From assembly GCA_037189525.1 (NCBI GenBank), contig JBBCJC010000002.1:194286-258285 (forward strand): 64,000 nt of DNA. The letters are read 5' to 3'. Source of the stretch: Gemmatimonadales bacterium. GTDB taxonomy: Bacteria; Gemmatimonadota; Gemmatimonadetes; Gemmatimonadales; GWC2-71-9. Below the pieces are notes generated by a model. The model saw only the letters and a program-made list of their open reading frames with translations. It did not search any database and was not told where the DNA came from. Below, piece by piece: positions 1-9,399 of this stretch. The position numbers and the translations under genes were made by a program. Positions within the stretch are counted from its first letter, which is position 1, and each line of letters starts with the position of its first letter.

Positions 1-765
1 TGCGGCATCCCGTCCACTTGGACGGCTCGGCCCACGACACTCGAGTCCCCGCCGAAGCGCTGGGTCCAGAGTCCGTGGCCGAGCAGCACCACGCGCTCCG
101 CGCCGGAGCGTTCCTCGTCCGCCGTGAAGGTGCGGCCGAGTATCGGACGCGCGCCGAGCAACGGGAAGAGATTGGCGGTGACCGCCGCGGCGTCGACTCG
201 CTCCGCATCGCCGGCGCCGTCGGTGAACGCGAGCGTCCACCAGGTGTACATCCCCAGCGATGCGAAGGTGCGGTTGTGATCCCGCCAGTCGGCGTACGAG
301 ATGTTCGAGGCGCGGATACCGCGCTCAGGCGCTTTGGAGTACACTGCGACCAGCTCTTCCGGCCGGTCGTACGGCAGCGGGCGGACGAGGATGGCGTGGG
401 CGACGCTCAGGATCGTCGCGGTAACGCCGATCCCGAGCCCCATGCAGGCGACGGCGAGCAGCGTGAAGCCCAGGCTACTACGCAGCAGTCGGGCGGCGAA
501 ACGCAGGTCGGCCAGGAAGTCGCCGACCCGTTCCCGACGACGGCGGCGCTGGCGCTGGGCGCCGTCGATCACGAGGCAGTCCTGCCGAACCTCCCACCGA
601 TCCGAATCGGCGGAGCGCTTCCGCCCGTGCTTGTTCGGCCGGCATCCCTCTGGCCTCCAACTCCCGCGCGAGTTCCTCGACGTGGAACTGCAGCTCGGTA
701 TCGACTTCCGCGGGAAGGTCAGGCCGCAGAATACGCCGCACCCGGCGCCAGCCGCCGTCGGTCAT
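1..765 (-). pseudogene. FtsX/MacB-like (ADOP-type) ABC permease, N-terminal part running off the left edge, with an apparent 1-nt frameshift near 593-597
   Basis: ATG at 765 overlaps the PadR stop (ATGA). That frame reads MTDGGWRRVRRILRPDLPAEVDTELQFHVEELARELEARGMPAEQARAEALRRFGSV, then turns Pro/Arg-rich and stops at 478. The adjacent frame (my own translation) continues EVRQDCLVIDGAQRQRRRRRERVGDFLADLRFAARLLRSSLGFTLLAVACMGLGIGVTATILSVAHAILVRPLPYDRPEELVAVY... to position 1. It is absent from the ORF track because it has no in-window stop. Confidence 0.6.
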
Positions 766-1121
766 GAGGCCGGCTGCTGGTTGGCCTTGAGCACCTTGCC
801 CACCGCGTTCACAAATCCCGACCACTCGGCAGACTCCTCGCGCAGCGCCTTGCGACCCCGAACCGTGAGCCGGTAAAAGCGCGCTTTGCGATTGCGCTCC
901 GAGACCCGCCACTCGGACGCAATCGCGCCGCGGGCCTCGAGCCGGTGCAAAGCCGGATAGAGCGAGCCTTCACCGACGGTGAGGGCCTGGTCGGTGAGTT
1001 GCTCGATCCAGCGGGCAATGGCATAGCCGTGGGCGGGACCCCAGCTGAGGGCCTTGAGGATCAGGAGATCGAGCGTACCCTGAAGAAGGTCGAGAGGCAT
1101 GGGCGGGCGACCGGACGACAA
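762..1121 (-). CDS. PadR family transcriptional regulator
   Basis: 119 aa. LDLLQGTLDLLILKALSWGPAHGYAIARWI...GSLYPALHRLEARG...RKARFYRLT is the PadR winged-helix signature. The stop overlaps the downstream permease start. Confidence 0.9.
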   Translation of the reverse strand: MSSGRPPMPLDLLQGTLDLLILKALSWGPAHGYAIARWIEQLTDQALTVGEGSLYPALHRLEARGAIASEWRVSERNRKARFYRLTVRGRKALREESAEWSGFVNAVGKVLKANQQPAS

Positions 1122-1175
1122 GGGTTACGGATGACAGCGGAGGCAACGACAAACACCCCACTTATACAATGAACA

Positions 1176-1187
1176 TCGATGCATCGA
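1176..1187. promoter_or_regulatory. Perfect 12-bp palindrome, candidate PadR operator
   Basis: TCGATGCATCGA lies in the AT-richer gap about 55 nt upstream of the PadR start, flanked by TGAACAT (1170..1176) and AATGTCA arms. The operator role is inference. Confidence 0.3.
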
Positions 1188-1441
1188 ATGTCAATGAGAA
1201 TGATTTCCTCCACCGCCGTCGCCGTCGTTGTCGATCCATCACTCCAGACCTTCCAGTCGCCTGCGCCATCCTGAACCCGCTTCATGCTCCGACCCAACAC
1301 CTCTCCACGGGCAGCACCCCGCAATCCATCACGCCTCGACCGCCGTTCGAAGTCGAGTTAGCATTCTGATGTCCGACCTGCTGACGAGGCAGCACGGCAG
1401 GGGTTTACCACAGCCAACACGCCGACTTAACCGGAGGCAGT

Positions 1442-1831
1442 ATGACGGACGACACGGCGAAACATGTCGGGCCCGGCGGGACCTCGGGCGGCTTGGGCGA
1501 ATTCTTCATCGGCCTGGCTCTGGTCATCGGCGGCGGCTACCTGGTCCTGAACCAGGTCACCGTCCATACCGGTGTCTGGCAGATCTGGGGCTACAGCGGC
1601 TTTGGTCTGTCGCTGATCCCGCTCCTCATCGGGATCGGAATGCTCTTTTTCAACGGCCGTTCGCCCTGGGGCTGGTTGCTGACCGCCGCCGGCGGGTTGA
1701 TCATCCTGCTCGGCATCATCGTCAACCTGCGGATCTTCTTCCAACCCACGTCCCTCTTCAACACGCTCCTGATGCTCGGAGCACTCGCAGCGGGTATCGG
1801 GCTGATTGCCCGCTCGCTGCGGAGTCACTGA
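1442..1831 (+). CDS. Small integral membrane protein, family unknown
   Basis: 129 aa with GGAGG about 5 nt upstream of the ATG. Four hydrophobic segments: FFIGLALVIGGGYLVL, FGLSLIPLLIGIGMLFF, WLLTAAGGLIILLGIIV, LLMLGALAAGIGLIA. Confidence 0.6.
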   Translation: MTDDTAKHVGPGGTSGGLGEFFIGLALVIGGGYLVLNQVTVHTGVWQIWGYSGFGLSLIPLLIGIGMLFFNGRSPWGWLLTAAGGLIILLGIIVNLRIFFQPTSLFNTLLMLGALAAGIGLIARSLRSH

Positions 1832-1843
1832 CCGCCGCCGATC

Positions 1844-2320
1844 ATGCGCGCCGTCCACCAGGTGGTGAGCCGCGCGCCCGATATTCGGCGAGGGACGCCC
1901 GTCTTTGCGGGCACGAAGATCCCCGTTCAGCAGCTGATTGACCACCTCGACCGGGGCGGGACACTCGAAACCTTCCATGAACGCCATCGCCAGCTGCCGC
2001 TCGATCAGTTGACGGCCGCCTGCGCCCTGGGCCTCGAACTGCTGGTCGGCACCGTGCCGATCGAGCCGGTGGCGCCGCAGGGATCATTACTCCCACGCGC
2101 CGACGCGAACGGCATCATCCTCAACGCCGAAGAACTGCGCGCCGACCAGGTGGTCGGCCGGCAAGTGCGCTGTCCGGCCTGCCGCGAACTCGTCTTCAAG
2201 TCGTGGCCGGAAGGATGGGACGGCCATGCCGCCACCCGGTGCCGCGGTCTCGCCGGACGCCAGCCGGGCACGCGTAAAGCGGAGTTCAAGCGCCGATTCG
2301 ACCACCTGTTCCGATCCTGA
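1844..2320 (+). CDS. DUF433-like protein with extra Cys/His C-terminal domain
   Basis: 158 aa. The N-terminal PDIRRGTPVFAGTKIPVQQLIDHLDRGGTLETFHERH fits the DUF433 pattern. The C-terminal region carries VRCPACRELVFKSWPEGWDGHAATRCRGL. Confidence 0.6.
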   Translation: MRAVHQVVSRAPDIRRGTPVFAGTKIPVQQLIDHLDRGGTLETFHERHRQLPLDQLTAACALGLELLVGTVPIEPVAPQGSLLPRADANGIILNAEELRADQVVGRQVRCPACRELVFKSWPEGWDGHAATRCRGLAGRQPGTRKAEFKRRFDHLFRS

Positions 2321-2359
2321 TACCGGGCTCGGAACGACGCACCTGAGGGAGGAGCGCGG

Positions 2360-4030
2360 GTGGGGCTCACCTGGATTGCCGCCCTGTTACTGCTGCAGGA
2401 GCCGATCGACCTTCGCCGGCTGGTGGAGCCGGGTGACACGCCGGCCGAGCGGCGGGGCGTAGCTGCGCAAGCCTCCTTCGAGCGGGACCGACGATTTCGC
2501 CTGCCGGCGACCGGGGGCGGCGGCGGACGCTGCGACGAGCGAATCGGCCGCTTCTGTTACTGGTACGACGACCGGGATACCACACTTCCCTCGGAATCGC
2601 TCTCGCTGCTCGAACGGCGGATGCGGTTGCTGAGCACGCTCCGCGAGACGACCGCCGAGCAGCCGGAAAGCATCTGGTTGTCGGGCCAGCTGGTCCGGTA
2701 TCTGGTCGAGCATGGCGAACGGGATTCCGCGCTGGCCGCTGCTGCCAGATGCGGCGCCAGCGCCTGGTGGTGCGAGGCCATCCGCGGCTTCGCGCTGCAC
2801 GTGTTCGAACGTGACGAGGACGCCGACGCCGCCTTCCGCCGGGCAATTGGCGCCATGCCCGGCACACTCCGCTGCGACTGGACCGACTGGACCAAGGTGT
2901 TGGAACCGGCCTTGGCAGCCCGTTTCGAAGCGCTCGACTGCGATGCCCGCCTGGCGCTGGGCGATACCGTCCTCTGGCTGGCCAAGCCGTTGCTGAGCCG
3001 TCCGGGAAACGTGATCCGGTCCGAGCTCCTGTCGCGACGGGTGGTCGCGGCGTTAGGCGGTGTGAGCCGGTCGCCCTACGCGATTGCCTGGGGACGGGAC
3101 ATGGAGGAACTGGTGCTCCGCTACGGCTGGTCGCGCCGGTTCTCGATCGTGGACCATCGCTTCCGATCGCCCGAAGGGCCATCGGTCGTCGGCCATCAGC
3201 GCGCGCCGGCCTATCCGTTTCTTCCGGATCTCGCCCGCGAGGACGACGACCCTCCCTGGATCGATGTGCTGGAGGCGGACCGCCCGCGTTCCCGCTTCAG
3301 TCCCGGTTACATCGACCGGTTCGAATCGACCGATGCGTTCCAGCTGGCCCGGTTTCCCCGCGGCGATTCCTCGATCGTAGTCGGATCCATCGACCCCGGG
3401 ACCAAGTTCGGTCGAAGTGGCCCGTTCGACATCGCCCTGGCCGTCGGAGCGGGGCCCGATGACGTCGCAGTCGATCGGCGAGACTCGACCACGAGTCTGT
3501 CCGGCCTCCGGGTCGCCATCGCGGGAGAGGTCCTGGCCGCCAGCATCGAACTCGCCGGCCTGGGCGGACGCCAGTATCTCCGGGGCCGAGCGTATCTTGC
3601 TCCCATCGACCGCAGCGCCCCGATCATCCTGTCCGACCTGTTACTCTTTGCCCCCGGCGATGAGCTGCCGACGACCCTCGAGGCGGCGGCGACCACTGCC
3701 TTGCCCAGCAACCAGGTGTCGCGCCGGACTCCGGTCGGGATCTACTGGGAAACCACCAGCGCCGCCAGCGACTCGGTCATCGTGGCTGTCTCCGTCTCTC
3801 CGGTCCGCCGCGGTTTGCTGGGGCGACTGGGCCAGGGCCTCAGCGTGGTACGAAAGGACGCTCCGATCACGCTCGAATGGACCGGCTCGCCGTCGGCCGG
3901 CGCCACCGTGGGACGGGCCTTCGAACTCGACCTCGAGCGACTGGGGCCGGGCCGCTACCTGATCGTCCTCGAAATTCGGAGCGGCGCCGAGTCCGCCACG
4001 ACACACCGGGCCGTCCGGCTGACCCACTGA
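2360..4030 (+). CDS. Hypothetical protein (556 aa)
   Basis: GGGAGGAG lies 5 nt upstream of GTG 2360. Amino-acid composition is realistic compared with the Arg/Pro-rich antisense ORFs. There is only a weak WGRD..RYGW resemblance to GWxTD-type domains, so no family is assigned. Confidence 0.55.
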   Translation: MGLTWIAALLLLQEPIDLRRLVEPGDTPAERRGVAAQASFERDRRFRLPATGGGGGRCDERIGRFCYWYDDRDTTLPSESLSLLERRMRLLSTLRETTAEQPESIWLSGQLVRYLVEHGERDSALAAAARCGASAWWCEAIRGFALHVFERDEDADAAFRRAIGAMPGTLRCDWTDWTKVLEPALAARFEALDCDARLALGDTVLWLAKPLLSRPGNVIRSELLSRRVVAALGGVSRSPYAIAWGRDMEELVLRYGWSRRFSIVDHRFRSPEGPSVVGHQRAPAYPFLPDLAREDDDPPWIDVLEADRPRSRFSPGYIDRFESTDAFQLARFPRGDSSIVVGSIDPGTKFGRSGPFDIALAVGAGPDDVAVDRRDSTTSLSGLRVAIAGEVLAASIELAGLGGRQYLRGRAYLAPIDRSAPIILSDLLLFAPGDELPTTLEAAATTALPSNQVSRRTPVGIYWETTSAASDSVIVAVSVSPVRRGLLGRLGQGLSVVRKDAPITLEWTGSPSAGATVGRAFELDLERLGPGRYLIVLEIRSGAESATTHRAVRLTH

Positions 4031-4158
4031 CGCGTTCGGCGCCAGCGCGTCCGGCCGCGACCCTAACGCCCGCCGGCCGGGATGATATCTTGAATCAGCA
4101 CGTGCCGGATCGTGTCCCGGAGTCTGCCTCAACCCAAGCCCGTCGTCCCGGAGTCATC

Positions 4159-5580
4159 GTGTTCTCGAAACCGATTGCGGTTGCCGCCGCACTGTTGTTG
4201 ACCATTGCTCGCCCCTCCCTGGCCCAGTTGCCGTCCGATACGGCCGCGCAGGTCGATCGGATCTTTGCCGCCATGAATCGGACCGACACGCCGGGGTGCG
4301 TGCTCGGTGTCGACCGCAACGGCAACGAGCTCTATCGCAAGGGGTACGGCATGGCGAGCATCGAGCTCGGCGCGCCGCTCACCCCGTTCTCGGTGCTCGA
4401 ATCCGGTTCGGTCGCGAAGCAGTTCACCGCCGGTGTCATCAACAAGCTTGCACTCGAGGGCAAGCTCGACCTGGACGCCCCGGTCCGGACATATATCCCC
4501 GAGCTGCCCGACTACGGCGCGCCGGTCACGGTCCGGATGCTGATTCACCATACCAGCGGGATCCGTGACATGTGGACCCTGTTCAATCTCTCGGGTGAAA
4601 CCGTCGGCGAGAATCTCTTCACGATGGATCGGTCCCTGGCGATGATCTATCGCCAGCGTGAACTGAACTTTCCGCCGAACTCCCAGTTTCTCTACAGTAA
4701 TTCCGGCTACCTGCTGCTGGCCGACCTGGTCCAGCGGGTGACCGGACGGACGCTGGATGAGTATTCGTCCACGGAAATCTTCCAGCCGCTGGGCATGACC
4801 CGCACCCGCTGGCGCAGCGACTGGAACCGGGTCGTGGCCGGCCGCGCCGGCGCGTACGAACCGGTCGACGGCGGCTTTGCCATTGCCGCGCCGTTCATGC
4901 ACGTCTACGGAGCCGGCGGCCTCCTGACCACCGTCGGCGACCTGCTGATCTGGAACCGTGAAATGGATCGAGGCAGCGTGGCGGGTCCGCGGTGGATCGA
5001 AGCGATGCACGCCAAGCAGAAGCTGACCACCGGCACGGAAATCGACTACTCCTCGGGGTTGATGATCGGCACCCATCGCGGTCAGCGCGAAGTCCAGCAC
5101 AGCGGAGCAACCGGCGGGTACCGGACCTTCCTGGCGCGCTATCCCGATGCGAACCTGTCGATCGCGGTCCTCTGCAACGTGGCCAACGCCAATCCGGTCG
5201 CGCTCGGTCGGCAGGTTGCCGGCGTGCTGCTCCGGCTTCCGGAGCAGGCGGCCCAGGCGCAGCAGGGCGGCGGCCCCGGACAAGGCCGGCCGGCCGCCGC
5301 AGGCGAGGGCAGGATCACGACCGCGCTCGCGACCTTTGCCGGTTCCTATTACAGCGACGAACTCGACGCGACCTATCTGGTCACCGTTCAGGACACTGCC
5401 CTTGCCATTCAGGTGCGGGGCGGACCGAAGATGACACTGACACGGTCGGCCGACGACACCTTCGTTCGGCGCGGCGCCGGTTCACTCCGCTTTACCAAAG
5501 GGCGCAACGGCCGGATCGACGGATTCGTGATGTCGGCCGGACGGGTACAGAACCTCAAATTCATCAAGAGGACGTCATGA
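4159..5580 (+). CDS. Serine hydrolase, beta-lactamase/PBP (class C-like) family, exported
   Basis: The track start at 3877 is over-extended. In-frame GTG 4159 gives the signal-like N-terminus VFSKPIAVAAALLLTIARPSLAQ. SxxK (SGSVAKQ) and YxN (YSNSGY) motifs are present. Confidence 0.85.
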   Translation: MFSKPIAVAAALLLTIARPSLAQLPSDTAAQVDRIFAAMNRTDTPGCVLGVDRNGNELYRKGYGMASIELGAPLTPFSVLESGSVAKQFTAGVINKLALEGKLDLDAPVRTYIPELPDYGAPVTVRMLIHHTSGIRDMWTLFNLSGETVGENLFTMDRSLAMIYRQRELNFPPNSQFLYSNSGYLLLADLVQRVTGRTLDEYSSTEIFQPLGMTRTRWRSDWNRVVAGRAGAYEPVDGGFAIAAPFMHVYGAGGLLTTVGDLLIWNREMDRGSVAGPRWIEAMHAKQKLTTGTEIDYSSGLMIGTHRGQREVQHSGATGGYRTFLARYPDANLSIAVLCNVANANPVALGRQVAGVLLRLPEQAAQAQQGGGPGQGRPAAAGEGRITTALATFAGSYYSDELDATYLVTVQDTALAIQVRGGPKMTLTRSADDTFVRRGAGSLRFTKGRNGRIDGFVMSAGRVQNLKFIKRTS

Positions 5581-6113
5581 CCGCTCCGCGTTACGATCGC
5601 CCGGAGGCAGACGAGTACGCGCCGTTCTACGAGCGCTATGTCGCCCAGGTCGGCAGCGGCGACCTGGCCTTCCTCCTGGGCGGTCAGATGACGGAGGTCA
5701 ATGCCCTGCTGCAAGACGTTTCGGAGGAGCGGGCCGCCACCGCCTACGCACCTGGCAAGTGGACCATCAAGGAAGTGCTCGGTCACCTGATCGACGCCGA
5801 GCGAGTGTTCAGCTATCGGGCGCTCAGTTTCGCCCGGCTCGACCCGAACCCGTTGCCCAGCTTCGACGAAAATGCCTGGGTACCTGCCGGCCACTTCAAT
5901 GCACGGCTCTTCGTGACGCTGGTCGACGAGTGGCTCACGGTGCGAAACGCGACCACGACCCTGTTCACCGGACTGCCTGACGACGCGCCCACCCGCCGCG
6001 GCACGGCGAGCGGGCACGAGATCTCCGTCCGCGCCCTGGGCTACATCATCTATGGGCATGTCGCCCACCACCTCGACATCCTCAGAACCCGCTATTTGAG
6101 CCCGTCCGCCTGA
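5577..6113 (+). CDS. DinB-family (DinB_2-like) protein
   Basis: 178 aa. ATG 5577 overlaps the upstream stop (ATGA). The gene is hidden inside over-long track ORF 4992..6113. HLIDAERVF and GHVAHHLDIL fit the DinB-like helical bundle. Confidence 0.75.
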   Translation: MTAPRYDRPEADEYAPFYERYVAQVGSGDLAFLLGGQMTEVNALLQDVSEERAATAYAPGKWTIKEVLGHLIDAERVFSYRALSFARLDPNPLPSFDENAWVPAGHFNARLFVTLVDEWLTVRNATTTLFTGLPDDAPTRRGTASGHEISVRALGYIIYGHVAHHLDILRTRYLSPSA

Positions 6114-6131
6114 CCCTGCGGCGAATGGGGA

Positions 6132-6167
6132 GCGGGCCGGTCACGGTTATGTGACCGGCCCGCTTTT
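6132..6167 (+). terminator. Rho-independent terminator after the DinB-like gene
   Basis: Perfect 13-bp stem GCGGGCCGGTCAC / GTGACCGGCCCGC with loop GGTTAT, followed by TTTT. Confidence 0.75.
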
Positions 6168-6223
6168 GGTTCCGATTTCGGCCTTCGTGGCCTATCATTG
6201 AGGGGTCTCCTTCCCTGGATGTC

Positions 6224-7816
6224 ATGCAGCGTCTGCGCCGGATCAGTCGTCTGGCCCTCTCGATAGTTGCCGGTACCGCCCTTCAGGCCTGTACCCCTTC
6301 TCAGTCGGTTCCCGCACCGGCGGTACGACCCAGCCTGGTCGTGTTCATCACCGTCGATCAGATGCAGCCCTCGTACTTTACCCGCTACGCATCGCAATTG
6401 CAGGGCGGATTTACGCGGCTGCTCGAGGGCGGAGCCGTCTTTACCAATGCCCATCACGATCACGGTATCACCGAGACGGCGCCGGGACATGCCAGCCTGA
6501 TGTCGGGGCGCTTTCCGCGCAGTACGGGGATTACCCGAAACCTCCGCGGCGTCAACGATACCAGTGTTCGTCTGATCGGGGCCCGCGATCTGGCCGCGTC
6601 GCCGTTCCGCTTCCGCGGCACGACCCTGACCGACTGGATCACGGCCGTCGAGCCCGACATGCGCGTCCTGTCCGTCTCGGCCAAAGATCGTGGTGCGATT
6701 CTCCCGATCGGGCGCTCGCGGCAGAACGTGTACTGGTTTGCCAACAACGGCATCTTCACGACCAGTACCTGGTATCGCGACACACTGCCGTCCTGGGTGC
6801 GCGCCTTCAATGCCCGCCGGATTCCGCAGAGCTACCTGGGCAAGGCGTGGATGCCGCTACTCGATCGCTCGGCGTATCCGGAGCCGGACACCGTGATGTT
6901 CGAGTTCCCCACCACCAAGGAATTCGCGTTCCCGCACTGGATTCCTGCGCACGACACGGTGGTGGCGATGAACCTCTACCGTTATTCGCCACTGATGGAC
7001 GAGATCACCGCGGCCTTTGCGCTCGAAGGCCTCCGGAACCTCGACATCGGCCGCGGACCGACAACCGATATCCTGGCGGTTTCGTTCTCGGCAACCGACT
7101 ATGTCGGCCACCGGTACGGTCCGGAATCGGTGGAACAGCGAGATCAGATCATTCGTCTCGATCGAGTCCTGGGCGCGTTCATCGACACGCTGTACCAACT
7201 CCGCGATTCGAGCCGCATCATCTTTGCACTGAGCGCAGATCACGGCGGCAGTCCGATTCCCGAACTGCACGGCCGTGTGCGCGTCCGTATTCGGCCCGCC
7301 ATGGCCGCGGCCCGAGCGGTGGTGGCCCAGGCCGGGGGCGACACGACGGCCCTCGATGTCGAAAGCGGCGCGTTCTTCGTCGATTCGGTGAAACTCGGCA
7401 CCAACGCCATTTCGGTGGATTCGATCGTGGCCGCCTTCATGGCCGCCGCCATCAAGATTCCGGGTGTCGAACGGGTCGATCGGTTCCGTGATCTGCGGCA
7501 GCGCAATCTCGAGCGCGATTACGTAGCCCGCAGATGGCTCCAGATGTTCCCCGCCGATATGGAACCCGCGGCCGTCGTCACCCTCGGCCGAGGAAACATG
7601 TATGACTACGGCGTGGCCGCTACGCACGGATCGCCGCACATGCAGGATTCCCACGTTCCGATGATCTTCTACGGGCCGCCCTTCGTGCCTGGGCGGTACA
7701 ACCAGTTCGTCCGGACCGTCGACATCGGTCCGACCCTGGCGCGCGCGCTCGGCGTGACACCGACCGAGCCGCTGGACGGTCGCCCGCTCACCGACGCACT
7801 GCGACGGGCGCGATAG
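6224..7816 (+). CDS. Alkaline-phosphatase-superfamily phosphodiesterase/nucleotide pyrophosphatase-like lipoprotein
   Basis: 530 aa with a lipobox-like signal (GTALQAC). VVFITVDQM, ETAPGHASLMSGRFP and SADHGG are typical of type I phosphodiesterase/AP-superfamily enzymes. Confidence 0.8.
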   Translation: MQRLRRISRLALSIVAGTALQACTPSQSVPAPAVRPSLVVFITVDQMQPSYFTRYASQLQGGFTRLLEGGAVFTNAHHDHGITETAPGHASLMSGRFPRSTGITRNLRGVNDTSVRLIGARDLAASPFRFRGTTLTDWITAVEPDMRVLSVSAKDRGAILPIGRSRQNVYWFANNGIFTTSTWYRDTLPSWVRAFNARRIPQSYLGKAWMPLLDRSAYPEPDTVMFEFPTTKEFAFPHWIPAHDTVVAMNLYRYSPLMDEITAAFALEGLRNLDIGRGPTTDILAVSFSATDYVGHRYGPESVEQRDQIIRLDRVLGAFIDTLYQLRDSSRIIFALSADHGGSPIPELHGRVRVRIRPAMAAARAVVAQAGGDTTALDVESGAFFVDSVKLGTNAISVDSIVAAFMAAAIKIPGVERVDRFRDLRQRNLERDYVARRWLQMFPADMEPAAVVTLGRGNMYDYGVAATHGSPHMQDSHVPMIFYGPPFVPGRYNQFVRTVDIGPTLARALGVTPTEPLDGRPLTDALRRAR

Positions 7817-7842
7817 CCTCCCACTCTTCACCTCCGCGATCC

Positions 7843-9357
7843 ATGAACCGTCTCTGCGTACTGCTGGCCCTTCTGGTTCCTTCTCTCGCCGCTGCCCAGG
7901 CGCGTGCTCCCGAGCATGGAGCGCGTCCCGCTGGACGTCTGGCCATTCGAAATGCGCTGGTGGTCCAGGGTAACGGCACGCCGGCGGAAGGTCCGTACGA
8001 CATCGTGGTCGAGGGTAGCCGGATCGTCGACATGGTACCGCTCGATCCGGTGGCCTTGAGCCGCGGGTCTGCCCGGCGGCCAGCTGCGGATCGGGAAATC
8101 GACGCGACGGGCAAATATGTGTTGCCCGGGCTCATCAACCTGCACGGCCATCTGCAGGACGAGCGGGGCGGAATTCCGCAACCGTTCGCCTATCAGCTCA
8201 AGCTCTGGCTCGCATCCGGCGTCACCACGGTGCGCGACGTCAGCTCGGGCGGGAATCTGGCCCAGTTCCGTACGCTCAAGGAACAGAGCGCCGCCGGCCA
8301 ACTCGAGGCCCCGCGTCTCGTCCTCTACTCGGGCTACACCCGCGGCCCGGCGATTCGGACGGTCGAGCAGGCGCGCGCCCGGGTGCGCGAGGTCAAGGCG
8401 GGCGGCGCGGACGGGATCAAGATCGGCGGGATGGAGCGCGATCTGATGGCGGCCATGCAGGAGGAGGCCCGCAAGGTGGGCTTGCCGATTGCGCATCACG
8501 TCGGCGTCGAAGAAACCACCGCGTGGGACGACATCAACATGGGCACCCGCAGCATCGAGCACTGGTATGGCGTGCCGGATGCGGCATTTGCGGACGGGGT
8601 CCAGCATTTCCCGTCGAGCTACAACTACAACGACGAAGTCGACCGGTTCCGCTACGCCGGCCGGATCTGGCGCGAAGCGGATCAGACCAAGCTGGGCCAG
8701 GTGCTCCAGGCCATGGTCGACAGCAACGTGGCGTGGAACCCCACGCTCGTCATCTACGAAGCAAGCAGAGATCTCCAGCGGGCGCAGACCCAACCCTGGT
8801 TCAAGGACTACCTCCACCCCACGCTGGATGAGTACTTCCGCCCCAACCCAGCCAATCACGGCTCCTACTTCATCGGCTGGTCGTCGACCGACGAGGCGTA
8901 TTGGAAGGAGAACTATCGGATCTGGATGCAGGCCCTCCGCGACTTCGGCCGGCGCGGCGGTCTGATCGGGGTGGGCGAGGACGCCGGCTTCATCTACCAG
9001 ATGTACGGCTTCGGCGTGATCCGCGAAATGGAGCTGCACCAGGAAGCGGGCTTCCATCCGCTCAAAGTGATTCAGCACGCCACCGCCAACAATGCCAAGA
9101 TCATGGGCCGGGAGTCGGAACTCGGCCGAGTGCGCGTCGGGTATCTCGCCGACCTGATCGTGGTCAACGGCAACCCGCTCGAAGATCTGAAGGTGCTCTA
9201 TCCCACCGGCACGACGGCCATCATCGACGGCAAGGAAGTGCCAGCCGGCGGCATCGAGTGGACCGTCAAAGACGGCATTCCATACCACGGGCCGCGCCTG
9301 ATGCGCGAGGTGAAGGAGCTGGTGGCCCAGGCACGAGCGGCTACGACCAAGCGATAA
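7843..9357 (+). CDS. Amidohydrolase family protein, exported
   Basis: 504 aa with signal peptide MNRLCVLLALLVPSLAAAQA. It carries the HxH metal motif LPGLINLHGHL and a C-terminal ADLIVVNGNPLEDL typical of the amidohydrolase superfamily. Confidence 0.85.
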   Translation: MNRLCVLLALLVPSLAAAQARAPEHGARPAGRLAIRNALVVQGNGTPAEGPYDIVVEGSRIVDMVPLDPVALSRGSARRPAADREIDATGKYVLPGLINLHGHLQDERGGIPQPFAYQLKLWLASGVTTVRDVSSGGNLAQFRTLKEQSAAGQLEAPRLVLYSGYTRGPAIRTVEQARARVREVKAGGADGIKIGGMERDLMAAMQEEARKVGLPIAHHVGVEETTAWDDINMGTRSIEHWYGVPDAAFADGVQHFPSSYNYNDEVDRFRYAGRIWREADQTKLGQVLQAMVDSNVAWNPTLVIYEASRDLQRAQTQPWFKDYLHPTLDEYFRPNPANHGSYFIGWSSTDEAYWKENYRIWMQALRDFGRRGGLIGVGEDAGFIYQMYGFGVIREMELHQEAGFHPLKVIQHATANNAKIMGRESELGRVRVGYLADLIVVNGNPLEDLKVLYPTGTTAIIDGKEVPAGGIEWTVKDGIPYHGPRLMREVKELVAQARAATTKR

Positions 9358-9368
9358 CCCCGCCTGCA

Positions 9369-9399
9369 CCGCGATCCGGAGCCCTACTCCGGATCGCGG
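9369..9399. terminator. Hairpin between convergent genes (possible bidirectional terminator)
   Basis: Perfect 13-bp stem CCGCGATCCGGAG / CTCCGGATCGCGG with loop CCCTA. It abuts the stop of the minus-strand gene and has no U-tract. Confidence 0.5.
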
